A stretch of DNA of 64,000 nucleotides from an uncultured archaeon (GTDB taxonomy: Archaea; Thermoproteota; Nitrososphaeria; Nitrososphaerales; Gagatemarchaeaceae): positions 832,001-896,000 of the forward strand of contig CAWFOU010000001.1 of assembly GCA_963817525.1 (NCBI GenBank). Direction: 5' to 3'. The position numbers were made by a program, and so were the translations under genes. Positions 30,018 to 38,511 of this stretch are shown here, in pieces. Position 1 is the first letter of the stretch. The number at the start of each line of letters is the position of its first letter. The notes under the pieces are model-generated. The model saw only the letters and a list, made by a program, of their open reading frames with translations. It had not been told where the DNA came from and made no database searches.

Positions 30018-30470
30018 TCAGGCCTGGATGTTGAAAGCCTTGGCCACGGAGTTGCTCACCACGGTCACCGTGAACGTCGAGAAGGTCGGGACTTGGAAGT
30101 TTGTCTTGACTTCGGCCGTGAGCGAGTCGCCGGGCTGCATTGTCGAGCTCCCCGACGTCGTGGAGAGGACGGTGACGTTCCCGCCGGCCGCGTCCTTGAA
30201 CGCGTTCGAGGAGGTCCCGTAGCTGACGTCTATCGCGAGTAGGGTGACCGGGATGTTGCCGTCGTTCTTGATGTCAAGGGTCATCGTCTCCCCGTCGGGG
30301 GCGACGTTGCTGTCGAGCAGGGTCACGGAGGGGTCCTGGATCTCCGAGACAACCATCTGCCTGAACGTGGTGTAGAGTATCCCGCCGATCATCAGCGTTA
30401 TCACGACGAGTATCACCGTCGCGAGGAACGGGCTGATACCGTTCCGCTTGCTCTGGAGCTTCATCCACAC
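30018..30470 (-). CDS. Archaeal type IV pilin
   Basis: SKRNG|ISPFLATVILVVITLMIGG canonical class III signal peptide; IKNDG motif. Confidence 0.85.
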   Translation of the reverse strand: MWMKLQSKRNGISPFLATVILVVITLMIGGILYTTFRQMVVSEIQDPSVTLLDSNVAPDGETMTLDIKNDGNIPVTLLAIDVSYGTSSNAFKDAAGGNVTVLSTTSGSSTMQPGDSLTAEVKTNFQVPTFSTFTVTVVSNSVAKAFNIQA

Positions 30471-30504
30471 TGAACTGTGCTGCGGTATTTATCCGCCCCC
30501 GCGC

Positions 30505-32121
30505 TCAGACGACGCCGAACGCGAAGAGGGAGACCAGCGTGGAGGCCATCAGGATGGGCAGCGCTACCTCGTGCCTCACGGTCTGCGTCAGGAGCTTCGA
30601 CAGCAGCACCCCGCACAGCACTGAGACGGTCGAGACCGAGAGTATGAGTGATGCCTGCGAGGCCTGGACGGTGAAGAGCGGGAGGCCTATCGGGACGCCC
30701 TGCTGCGCGAACCCCGCGAGGAAGGTTATCGAGGCCACGGAGATCACGGGGACTATCGCGCCCACGAGCACAAAGGGTATCATCGACTGGGTCACGCTCT
30801 TCCTCGCTTCGGCCACGCGCCTGAAGAGCGACGACAGCTCCTCCAGGTGCTCGAAGCCCGCACCCGTCTCGAACGCGATCGAGAGTATCCCGAACCCCAG
30901 CCTGACCAGCCACGAGGGGTGGGTCACCCTTCGCTGGGCCTCCGTGGGGGTGAGCCCGAGCCTCGTTGACTGGTAGAAGGCGAGGACCGGCTCCTTTATC
31001 GAGACGAACGACTCGGCCCGCGCACTGAGCTTGGAGAGTGCCTCCGGGAGGCTCACCCCAGCTCGGCTCTCCTCCGCCAGGTCGTGGAGCATCGCGCTCA
31101 CCTCCTCCTCGCCCCTCCTAATCGCGGAGTAGTGCTTCCTGGTCTCGTAGAATCCGAGGAGCGAGACCGCGAGGGGAACGACGATGTACTCGCGCGCCCC
31201 GAGCATCCCCGCCTGGAACGCGAGCGTGGCGCCGCCCCACCCGGCGAGCGAGATAGCCAGCCACAGCGCCGAGGGCGGGCGGTCGTAGACCATCGGCTGG
31301 ATCGCGTCGGTCATGACGAGGAAGACCACCGCCGCCACCACAAGGAACGCGAAGGAGACGAGGAAGAGGTACGAGGAGGCGAACCCCGAGACCGCGGCCC
31401 CGACCATCTCGAGGCCCACCGGGAAGAGCGCGAGGAGGATGAAGGTCACCTCCGCCAACGAGCCCACCGAGACGCTGAACGAGGACCAGGCCTGCTCGAG
31501 CTTCTGGATCTGGAACGCCGTCTCCTGCCTGACGAACTCTCCCACGTCCCGCCCAGTGGCGAGCGTCTTGAGGAACCCCTGGACGAAGGCCCTCACCCTC
31601 GCGCTTGGGTGCCCCGCGAACGCCTTCTCCGCCACCGCCGCTGGGGAGCCCGAGACGAAGGCGTCGTCCCTCGCGAGGAGCTCGCCTTCCTTGGTGAATG
31701 CGGGGAAGACGCGCGCCCCGATGGCGGAGACCCGCTTGAACCCCTCCTGCAGCGTCGGGTTCGCCTGGTGGACGAAGACAGAGAGGGTCATCAGGAAGAA
31801 GGGAAGCTCGGCGTCGGCAGCCTTCCTGCGCGAGTTCGCGCGCGAGAAGAGCACCACCAGCGGCATGACCTGCACCATGGCGAGGGCGCCCAGTATGAGG
31901 GCCGCCTGGTCGAAGGGGAGGAGAAGGAGCGCGAGCGCCTCCGCGGGCGCGGGGAAGACGAGCGATGAGACGACGAACCTCGAGTACGTCCTCGGGGAGA
32001 TGAACACGCTCGCCGCGGAGAGCTTTGGCATGAGCCGGGCCTGCAGCCTCACGGCCACGCTTGGGAGCGGGCAGAGGTACGCGAGGCGCTGCACCAGCAG
32101 CTCGGGCGTCGGTCTCTCCAT
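30505..32121 (-). CDS. Type IV pilus membrane platform protein (TadC/FlaJ, T2SS-F domains)
   Basis: Multi-TM with two T2SSF-like segments (ELPFFLMTL...; LHDLAEESRAGVSLPEAL); heads the pilin/ATPase operon. Confidence 0.82.
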   Translation of the reverse strand: MERPTPELLVQRLAYLCPLPSVAVRLQARLMPKLSAASVFISPRTYSRFVVSSLVFPAPAEALALLLLPFDQAALILGALAMVQVMPLVVLFSRANSRRKAADAELPFFLMTLSVFVHQANPTLQEGFKRVSAIGARVFPAFTKEGELLARDDAFVSGSPAAVAEKAFAGHPSARVRAFVQGFLKTLATGRDVGEFVRQETAFQIQKLEQAWSSFSVSVGSLAEVTFILLALFPVGLEMVGAAVSGFASSYLFLVSFAFLVVAAVVFLVMTDAIQPMVYDRPPSALWLAISLAGWGGATLAFQAGMLGAREYIVVPLAVSLLGFYETRKHYSAIRRGEEEVSAMLHDLAEESRAGVSLPEALSKLSARAESFVSIKEPVLAFYQSTRLGLTPTEAQRRVTHPSWLVRLGFGILSIAFETGAGFEHLEELSSLFRRVAEARKSVTQSMIPFVLVGAIVPVISVASITFLAGFAQQGVPIGLPLFTVQASQASLILSVSTVSVLCGVLLSKLLTQTVRHEVALPILMASTLVSLFAFGVV

Positions 32122-32172
32122 CGCCCTTTAGACTCGTGCTGCTTAAAAGCGGCAATTGAATCTCCGCGCGGC

Positions 32173-32793
32173 GTGTACTACCAGCTGCTGATGCTGGCCT
32201 CCCTCCTACTGGCAGGCTACCAGGACGCCCGGGAGCGGCTGGTCTCCGACTACTACTGGATCCCCGGGATAATCGCCGCCGTCCTCGCGGTGGCCTTTCT
32301 TCCCTCGATGGACTTTGCGCTGGTGGCGAGGATCACGCTCATCGGCGTCATAGCGTTCGCGTTCGCCTGGTTCGGGTTCATCGGGCAGGCCGACGCCATC
32401 GCCCTGACCCTCATCTCCTCCGACCCGACCCCTTACGCCCCCATACCCGTCCTCCTCGCGACGGGGGTGGTGGCGCTGGCGCACATCGGCTACCTCTACG
32501 CGAATGGGACGACGAGGAAGCCCAAACTGATCACCCTCCAGGAGTTCCGGACGCAGGCCAAGTGGATACCAAAGGCGCTCATCGTCAACGGGGAGCGGCG
32601 GGAGATAACGAACGACGTCAACGTCTCGCGGGAGCTCACGGAGGAGCACGCCAGCGCGGGGCCTGAGGACGCGACCACCATGGTAGAGGTGCAGTATGGG
32701 GTCCCCCAGGTGACCTACATCGCCGCGGGGTTCGTGGTCTACGTGGCCTATCTCGCCATCTTCCAGCCCCACCTCCTCACGGCGCTCCCCTGA
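32173..32793 (+). CDS. Prepilin/preflagellin peptidase (A24, PibD/FlaK-like)
   Basis: YQDARERLVSD and IGQADAIAL catalytic aspartates; multi-TM; divergent from the pilus operon. Confidence 0.82.
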   Translation: MYYQLLMLASLLLAGYQDARERLVSDYYWIPGIIAAVLAVAFLPSMDFALVARITLIGVIAFAFAWFGFIGQADAIALTLISSDPTPYAPIPVLLATGVVALAHIGYLYANGTTRKPKLITLQEFRTQAKWIPKALIVNGERREITNDVNVSRELTEEHASAGPEDATTMVEVQYGVPQVTYIAAGFVVYVAYLAIFQPHLLTALP

Positions 32794-32812
32794 GCGCGAC
32801 GGCAAGAGTAAA

Positions 32813-33652
32813 ATGGCCAGCGCGGGGCCGGCCTCGCGACAGCCATCCATGGTCAACTGGGAGTCCATCCTCAAGGAGGCGGGCGAGCAGGTCCAGAGCA
32901 TCTCTGACAGTCTCAAGGGGAGGCAGCTAGGCCTGGAGGCTCAGGGTCAGGGGGCGGGAGGCGACATCACGATGAAGGTGGACGCCGACGCGGAGAGGAG
33001 CATCATGGACCTTGTGAAGGGGCAGGTCGACGACGTGAGGTTCGTGACCGAGGAGGCGGGGGTGGTCGGCCCCGCTGGCGCGGCCTGGACGGTGATAATC
33101 GACCCCATCGACGGCTCGATGAACTACGCGAGGGGGCTCCCCTTCTACTGCACCTCCATCGCGGTGCTCGACGGGCCCTCCCTCGAGGACGCGAAGTTCG
33201 GGATGGTGCGAAACCTCATCAGCGAGGAGTGCTACTTCGCGGAGAAGGGGCGCGGGGCAGAGAGGGACGGGAAGCCGATAAGGACCTCGAAGGCCAAGAA
33301 CCTCAAGGACTCGTGCGTCGGGATAGACATGTCCAAGGCCCCCCTCTCCACCGTGCAGAGGCTCGTCCCGCTCATCGCCGCGGTGAGGAAGCCCGCGCAC
33401 TTCGGGGCCAACGCCCTCGAGCAGGCCTTCTTGGCTGACGGGAAGGTCGACGCCTTCGTGGACATACGCGACAGGATGAGGGTCGTGGACTTTGCGGCGG
33501 GCTACCTCATCGCCAAGGAGGCGGGCGCGGTCATGTCCGACCCGCTGGGGAAGCCAGTGAACACCAAGGTGTCCCTCGAGGAGAAGTTCAACGTGGTCGC
33601 TTCGTGCAACTCGACGCTCCAGGAGAAGATCCTGAAGCTCCTCAGTCCTTGA
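32813..33652 (+). CDS. suhB: Inositol monophosphatase / FBPase family protein
   Basis: VTEE, IIDPIDGSMN, VVDFAAGYLIAKEAG motifs. Confidence 0.9.
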   Translation: MASAGPASRQPSMVNWESILKEAGEQVQSISDSLKGRQLGLEAQGQGAGGDITMKVDADAERSIMDLVKGQVDDVRFVTEEAGVVGPAGAAWTVIIDPIDGSMNYARGLPFYCTSIAVLDGPSLEDAKFGMVRNLISEECYFAEKGRGAERDGKPIRTSKAKNLKDSCVGIDMSKAPLSTVQRLVPLIAAVRKPAHFGANALEQAFLADGKVDAFVDIRDRMRVVDFAAGYLIAKEAGAVMSDPLGKPVNTKVSLEEKFNVVASCNSTLQEKILKLLSP

Positions 33653-34241
33653 CCCAGGGGGAGGCCGCAAACTCGGCGACGCTCCTGTAGAGCGCATCGG
33701 CGGGGGGGCTGTCGGGCCTCTTCCTGATCATCACGAAGCGCACCCCCGCGGCGCGCGCGGCCTTCAGGTCGTTTATCCTGTCCCCGACGAAGACCGCCTC
33801 CGCTTCCTTCGCCTCTAGGCTTGCGAGGGCCATCCGGACCTGCGCCGTCCTGTCCATCGAGTCCTCGCGCGTGAAGCTCGAGGCGAAGAACCTCCCTATG
33901 CTCAGCCCCTCGAGCACCCTGTCGCACGCCGCCCTCCCCTGCATCGTGACCAGGGAGAGCTTCGCCCCGCCTGAGAGGGAGGAGAGGGCATCCATCGCGC
34001 CGTCCTCGAGCCTCGCCTGCGGGACGGCCAGCGCCTCGTACTTGTCGATGGTCCTCATGATGGGGCCGAGGAGGAGCGGGTCATTGGCCACGACGTTCTG
34101 GACGTCGAGGAAGAACGGGGCGAACTCGAGCGACGTGCCAGTGAGCCCGCGCAACTCCTCCCTCACCTTGTCCCACTGCACCGGGAGGGAGATGAGGGTC
34201 CCGTCCAGGTCGAAGACGAAGTACCTGGTACCCGCGTCCAA
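33642..34241 (-). CDS. HAD-superfamily hydrolase (phosphoglycolate phosphatase-like)
   Basis: FDLDGTL motif I, LVT motif II, FVGDRINDLKAARAAG motif IV; start placed at TTG 34241 just after the upstream stop. Confidence 0.85.
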   Translation of the reverse strand: MDAGTRYFVFDLDGTLISLPVQWDKVREELRGLTGTSLEFAPFFLDVQNVVANDPLLLGPIMRTIDKYEALAVPQARLEDGAMDALSSLSGGAKLSLVTMQGRAACDRVLEGLSIGRFFASSFTREDSMDRTAQVRMALASLEAKEAEAVFVGDRINDLKAARAAGVRFVMIRKRPDSPPADALYRSVAEFAASPWVKD

Positions 34242-34246
34242 AGCGA

Positions 34247-35329
34247 CTAGAGCACCTTCTGCTTGAAGCCGTCCTCTCTCCAGAGGTATGCGCCCACGTC
34301 CATGTCTCTGAGCAGGTAGTAGCCCGCGGGGAGGAGGTCGGTCAGCGGGGGCTTGTCGGGCACGTCCTCGTCCATGCCGAGCTTTACGTATAGGTCGGCG
34401 AGGTTGGCGTACTCCGGCATCCCCAAGTGCTTCACCGCGATGTAGCCCCAGAGAGGCATGGTCGAGTGGAACTTGCCCGCGTCGACCTCTGTGATACACG
34501 GGTTCCCCTCGGCAGACTCCTTCACGTCGACCGAGTAGGCGCCGTCGGGCCTGGGGTCGATTGCCTTCACCGCCCGCTCGCCCACCTCGTTGAGGTGCGC
34601 GTCGTGGATCGTCCTAGAGACCGAGGGGGTCCCCGTGATGCCCGAAGGTGAGATGTGCCTGAAGGGGTACTCCAGCCTCTCGCGCGAGTACGAGGTGACG
34701 AGCTCCCCTCCCTTCCAGATGCTGTCCCAGGCGATGTTCCTCCCGGGGAGGAACTCCTGGAGGATGAACTCGTCGTACCCCACGCCGCCCCTCTTGACCC
34801 AGAGCTCGATCCACAGCCTCGCCTCCTCGGCGTCCGCGCAGAGCAGGCTGAGCCTACCCCCGGCCCCGTGCCTCGCCCTGACCCAGAGCGGCTTGCCGAG
34901 CTCCGAGAAGGCCGCGCGGACGTCCGCCTTGCCCTCTATCGCCACCGTGTTTGCGACGGGGATCGCCTCTGCCCTCAGCCTTTTCTCTGAGAGGAGCTTG
35001 TCCTGCCCGACCCGCATGACCTTCGCGGAGGGGAGGAAGACCTTGCAGGGGACGCTCGCCCTCTTGCTCGCGATGACGTAGGCCTCGCTCGAGGGCTGAG
35101 GGTGGAGAAAGTCCACCCTCTCCTTGGAGGCTATCTCCGCGACGCGCGGGATGAACGACTTGTCGCTGTGCTTCGGGGTGAGGTACCTTGCGTCGACCTC
35201 GGGATAGAGGATGTGGTATTTGTTGTAGTCCGTCCCCACGATGTAGTAATCGCTCTTCGAGGCCCTGAGCGCGCGGACGAAGTTCACCCCGGCGAGCCCG
35301 CCGGAGCCCGTGACCAGCACTCTAGTCAT
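34247..35329 (-). CDS. ATP-grasp carboxylate-amine ligase (CarB-like, stand-alone)
   Basis: VLVTGSGG, QDKLL, LQEFLPG, YSVDVKE, ITEVDAGKF (usually ExN). Confidence 0.8.
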   Translation of the reverse strand: MTRVLVTGSGGLAGVNFVRALRASKSDYYIVGTDYNKYHILYPEVDARYLTPKHSDKSFIPRVAEIASKERVDFLHPQPSSEAYVIASKRASVPCKVFLPSAKVMRVGQDKLLSEKRLRAEAIPVANTVAIEGKADVRAAFSELGKPLWVRARHGAGGRLSLLCADAEEARLWIELWVKRGGVGYDEFILQEFLPGRNIAWDSIWKGGELVTSYSRERLEYPFRHISPSGITGTPSVSRTIHDAHLNEVGERAVKAIDPRPDGAYSVDVKESAEGNPCITEVDAGKFHSTMPLWGYIAVKHLGMPEYANLADLYVKLGMDEDVPDKPPLTDLLPAGYYLLRDMDVGAYLWREDGFKQKVL

Positions 35330-35336
35330 TTGGCGC

Positions 35337-36575
35337 TCATGCTCCCGAGACCCTCATCTTGAACGACGGGCCTGAGGGCGAGATGAGCAGTCCCCCGCCC
35401 TTCTTGGCGACCGAACCCGAGGCGACCTCGACCTTCGACCCCGCCCGCGTCTTGACCAAGAGTGCAAGGCCCTTGGGCGGGCGAGCACCCAGAGTGATCT
35501 CGCCGCCCTCAGTGACTTTCAGGGGCACCTCGCGCGCGCGCCACCACCTTGCTATGTCCGCGCCGCTCCCCACGAATATCCCCTTCCTCCGGCCCAGGCC
35601 CCTCAGCACCTTCCAATAGACCCTCCCGCCCCTCATCCTCACGGCCTCCTGGTGCCACAGGAGGGTGAACAGTCCTTCGACGCCCTCTACGGCCTCCATC
35701 GACGCCTTCACGTCCGCGAGCCCCTCCTCCTCCGTCTTCTTGAGGTAGCCCCAGAGCGTGGTGTCCATCAGCGAGAGCGGGAGCTCCAGGAGGAGGAGAG
35801 GCTTCCACCCGTCGTCCGGGGGATGGAAGGGGAGCGCGAGGCCGAGCTTGAAGCCAAGCCTGTCGTTCGTACCCACGGTGGTGTCGTAGTCGAACCCAGC
35901 ACCATCCATCACCTTCCATGACTTGGCAAAGTCGAACCTGAGGTAGTGCTCCCTAAGGCCGCGGGGCCTCACGCCTATCCCGTCTGTCAGTCGCTCCACG
36001 GCCTTCGCCATCTCCTCCTCGGAGTCGTGGGTCCCAAAGTCGCCGTGGAGCCCGACCTCCCATCCCTTGGCGTCGAGCCTCCTCGCCGAGGCCCTGACTT
36101 TTTCGAGCGGGTACTCCGCGGACATCAGGTAGAAGCTCGAGTGGAAGCCCTCGGCCCCTTCCCTTTCGCGGATGAGGTCGATGTTGTCGTAGAGCGATAT
36201 GAGGCCCTTCCTGGCCTTTCGAAGGTCCGCCGCGCTGAAGCGGTCCTTCACCTTCTCGATGTGGTCCCAGGGGCGCTCGATGTTGTCCACGTCGTGGGTC
36301 AGGCAGACGGCGAGCGGGGCCGCGCGGGGCCACCTCGCCTTGCGGACGAAGAACCCGTCCCTCTCGACGGAGGACCGCTCGAGCTCCGCGAGGAACTCCA
36401 TGACCCTGTATTCCAAGGACGGCGTGGCCGAGTCCTTGGGGGGAGTGCCGCCGAGGACCGAGCACAGTTCGTCGACCAGGTCTGCGGGGACGTCTTCTGG
36501 GCGGAGGCAGCCCGAGGCCAGCCCGAGGCTCCCCTCCAAGAAGCCCGCCGCGTAGACCGTCCGCGGGCCTGTCAA
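35337..36575 (-). CDS. Polysaccharide deacetylase (CE4/NodB-like) family protein
   Basis: CLTHDVD, EVGLHG, GLREHYLRF, FDYDTT, ELPLSLMD, LLWH. Confidence 0.85.
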   Translation of the reverse strand: MTGPRTVYAAGFLEGSLGLASGCLRPEDVPADLVDELCSVLGGTPPKDSATPSLEYRVMEFLAELERSSVERDGFFVRKARWPRAAPLAVCLTHDVDNIERPWDHIEKVKDRFSAADLRKARKGLISLYDNIDLIREREGAEGFHSSFYLMSAEYPLEKVRASARRLDAKGWEVGLHGDFGTHDSEEEMAKAVERLTDGIGVRPRGLREHYLRFDFAKSWKVMDGAGFDYDTTVGTNDRLGFKLGLALPFHPPDDGWKPLLLLELPLSLMDTTLWGYLKKTEEEGLADVKASMEAVEGVEGLFTLLWHQEAVRMRGGRVYWKVLRGLGRRKGIFVGSGADIARWWRAREVPLKVTEGGEITLGARPPKGLALLVKTRAGSKVEVASGSVAKKGGGLLISPSGPSFKMRVSGA

Positions 36576-37540
36576 CTCGCTCCCGCTCCGCGGTCCAGGG
36601 AGGGGAAGAGCGTGGCGAGGTGGGCCTCGATCTTCTGCTGCACCTCATCGAAGGGGGCCGTGGCGTCGATGACCGGATAACCGTCCCTCTTCGCGATCTC
36701 CAGGTATTCCTGTCTCTCCGACTCCAGGACCTCCCTCGGGTAGTGGATGTGGGTCACGCGCTCGTCTATCACCCGCAGCGACCTGTCCACGGGGACGTTG
36801 AGCACGAGGGCGAAGGTGGGCCTGGGCGACAGGTAGAGGCCCGAGATGGCCGTCACCGGGTAACCCAACGCCTTGTACTTGATGTAGGTGCTCCAGATGA
36901 ACCTGTCGTAGATCACGACCTTGCCTTCGAGCCGGCATCCCGCAGAGCTGTAGAGCTGCATGACCAGGTTGTCCAGGAGCGAAAGGACTGGCCTGAGAGG
37001 GTTGCCGCCTCGCTTGAACCGGAACCTGTCTGCCCCTCCGACCGCGCTACCTCCGGGGACCCTTATCGAGGCCAGCCGCTCGACGAAGAGATACCTATGG
37101 AAAGGCATGACGTCGCTCGAGTATCCCCGCGCCTCGAGCCACCTTCCCGTGGCCGTCGAGTGGGTGGACTTGCCGCTGCCATCGATGCCGAGGAAGGCGA
37201 TGGACCCGCCTTTCTTCCCGGTCATCAAGGCGTGGAGCGCCCTCCTTTGGAACTCGTCGTTGAGGAAGAGTGCGGAGACGAGCAGGAGGACCCCCGCCGA
37301 GGGGAAGATGAAGGCCCCCGTGAGCGTCATGAGGAACCCGCCGAGGGAGGCGAGGAAGACCCTGAGCGCGTTGGGGACGTCGTTGAGAGGGTCGAGGTGC
37401 TTCGCGAAGCTAGCGGCCACCCCGTAGGCGCCGAAGGCCGCCCCGAAGAAGATCGGCAGGAGGACCCCCGCGATTGGGATGAGAAGCGCGAGCAAGAGCG
37501 TGACGGCGAAGAATGCTGCCGAGACGACTTTCATCTTCAA
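36572..37540 (-). CDS. Thymidylate-kinase-like P-loop kinase fused to an N-terminal membrane domain
   Basis: About four TM helices, then FLGIDGSGKST P-loop, IYDRF motif and VIDAT. Confidence 0.78.
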   Translation of the reverse strand: MKMKVVSAAFFAVTLLLALLIPIAGVLLPIFFGAAFGAYGVAASFAKHLDPLNDVPNALRVFLASLGGFLMTLTGAFIFPSAGVLLLVSALFLNDEFQRRALHALMTGKKGGSIAFLGIDGSGKSTHSTATGRWLEARGYSSDVMPFHRYLFVERLASIRVPGGSAVGGADRFRFKRGGNPLRPVLSLLDNLVMQLYSSAGCRLEGKVVIYDRFIWSTYIKYKALGYPVTAISGLYLSPRPTFALVLNVPVDRSLRVIDERVTHIHYPREVLESERQEYLEIAKRDGYPVIDATAPFDEVQQKIEAHLATLFPSLDRGAGAS

Positions 37541-37666
37541 TGCGATTGCACGCTCTCCTTACGGGCTCCCGGCTGAGCCCCTTAATTATCTCGCTCAAGA
37601 AATGGGCGTAAGCGATCGGGCGCACGTAGCGTGCTGGTCTACGGGCGGTTTCTGTGAGCGGGGCGT

Positions 37667-37807
37667 CTACCGCTCGTCTCTGCTGTCCCTCACATCTCGG
37701 ACAATCTGCCAGTCAGGTATCTTGCTGAGGATTGCTTGGGCTTTCCTAAGCCCTTCTTCTAGCTCGCGCTGCCTTTTCCTGCTCATCCTCGGCTTTCGCT
37801 CGCCCAT
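37667..37807 (-). CDS. Small orphan VapB-like antitoxin fragment
   Basis: 46 aa ending IVRDVRDSRDER, similar to the C-termini of the two VapBs in this window (LVREDRD, QVRKDRD); no toxin downstream. Confidence 0.45.
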   Translation of the reverse strand: MGERKPRMSRKRQRELEEGLRKAQAILSKIPDWQIVRDVRDSRDER

Positions 37808-37874
37808 AGTCAGCACTAAAGCTTGACTTGCAGATAAGCGCCTTGGTCTCACAGGGCTGTGGAACGCATCGATG

Positions 37875-37891
37875 TTTATATACGCGTAAAC
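37875..37891 (+). promoter_or_regulatory. TATA box with overlapping palindrome (putative autoregulatory operator) of vapBC
   Basis: TTTATATA at 37875-37882, 22-29 nt before ATG 37904, overlapping the palindrome TACGCGTA. Confidence 0.5.
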
Positions 37892-37903
37892 AATCTTGCT
37901 TAC

Positions 37904-38137
37904 ATGATGAGTGAAGTCATCAGCGTAAGAGTTCGGAGGGGGGTCAAGAGAGAACTCGAGGCGGCAGGCATCAACACGTCAGAAGAGGTCAAGAGCTACC
38001 TGGAGGAACTCGCTTGGAAGACAAGAAGCAAGCGAGCATTGGACGAAATGAACGAGGTCATTAACGAGAGGGTGAAACCCTCGAGGAAGGGATTCGCCTC
38101 GGCGCAGGTAAGGAAAGACCGCGATGACCATAGTTGA
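37904..38137 (+). CDS. vapB: VapB-type antitoxin
   Basis: MSEVISVRV RHH strand, QVRKDRD C-terminus; overlaps the downstream vapC. Confidence 0.85.
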   Translation: MMSEVISVRVRRGVKRELEAAGINTSEEVKSYLEELAWKTRSKRALDEMNEVINERVKPSRKGFASAQVRKDRDDHS

Positions 38138-38510
38138 CTCTTCGGCCTATGTGAAATATTTCGCCAAGGAGCCAGGTTGGGACGAGGCCGCGAGTCACCT
38201 TGTCCAGCCCACCAGCATCGGGCTGGCGTTCGCCGAGGTGGCGAACGCGCTTTCAAAGAAGGTCGCGCTCGACGAAATGAGCCAGGACGATGCCGAGCTG
38301 CTACTACGCAAGATGATGGAGGTCACGAGACTAGTCGGAGGCGTCGAATCCGTCGTCCCAGCGATCAAATTATCCAGGGAGAAGCGGATTACGGTCTACG
38401 ACGCTCTATTCATCGTGGCGGCGCTCGAGTACAAACTCGGATTGACGACATGCGACGCCAAACAGGCACGAGCCGCCCAAGAGCTCGGCATCTCGGTGGA
38501 CATCGTCTGA
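38124..38510 (+). CDS. vapC: VapC PIN-domain toxin
   Basis: IVDSSA, AEVANAL, ITVYDALFI, LTTCDAKQ. Confidence 0.9.
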   Translation: MTIVDSSAYVKYFAKEPGWDEAASHLVQPTSIGLAFAEVANALSKKVALDEMSQDDAELLLRKMMEVTRLVGGVESVVPAIKLSREKRITVYDALFIVAALEYKLGLTTCDAKQARAAQELGISVDIV

Positions 38511-38511
38511 C

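Noticed and set aside
27431-32121. Archaellum operon
   Set aside because: No FlaH, FlaF or FlaG-like genes, and the pilins lack archaellin-type N-termini.
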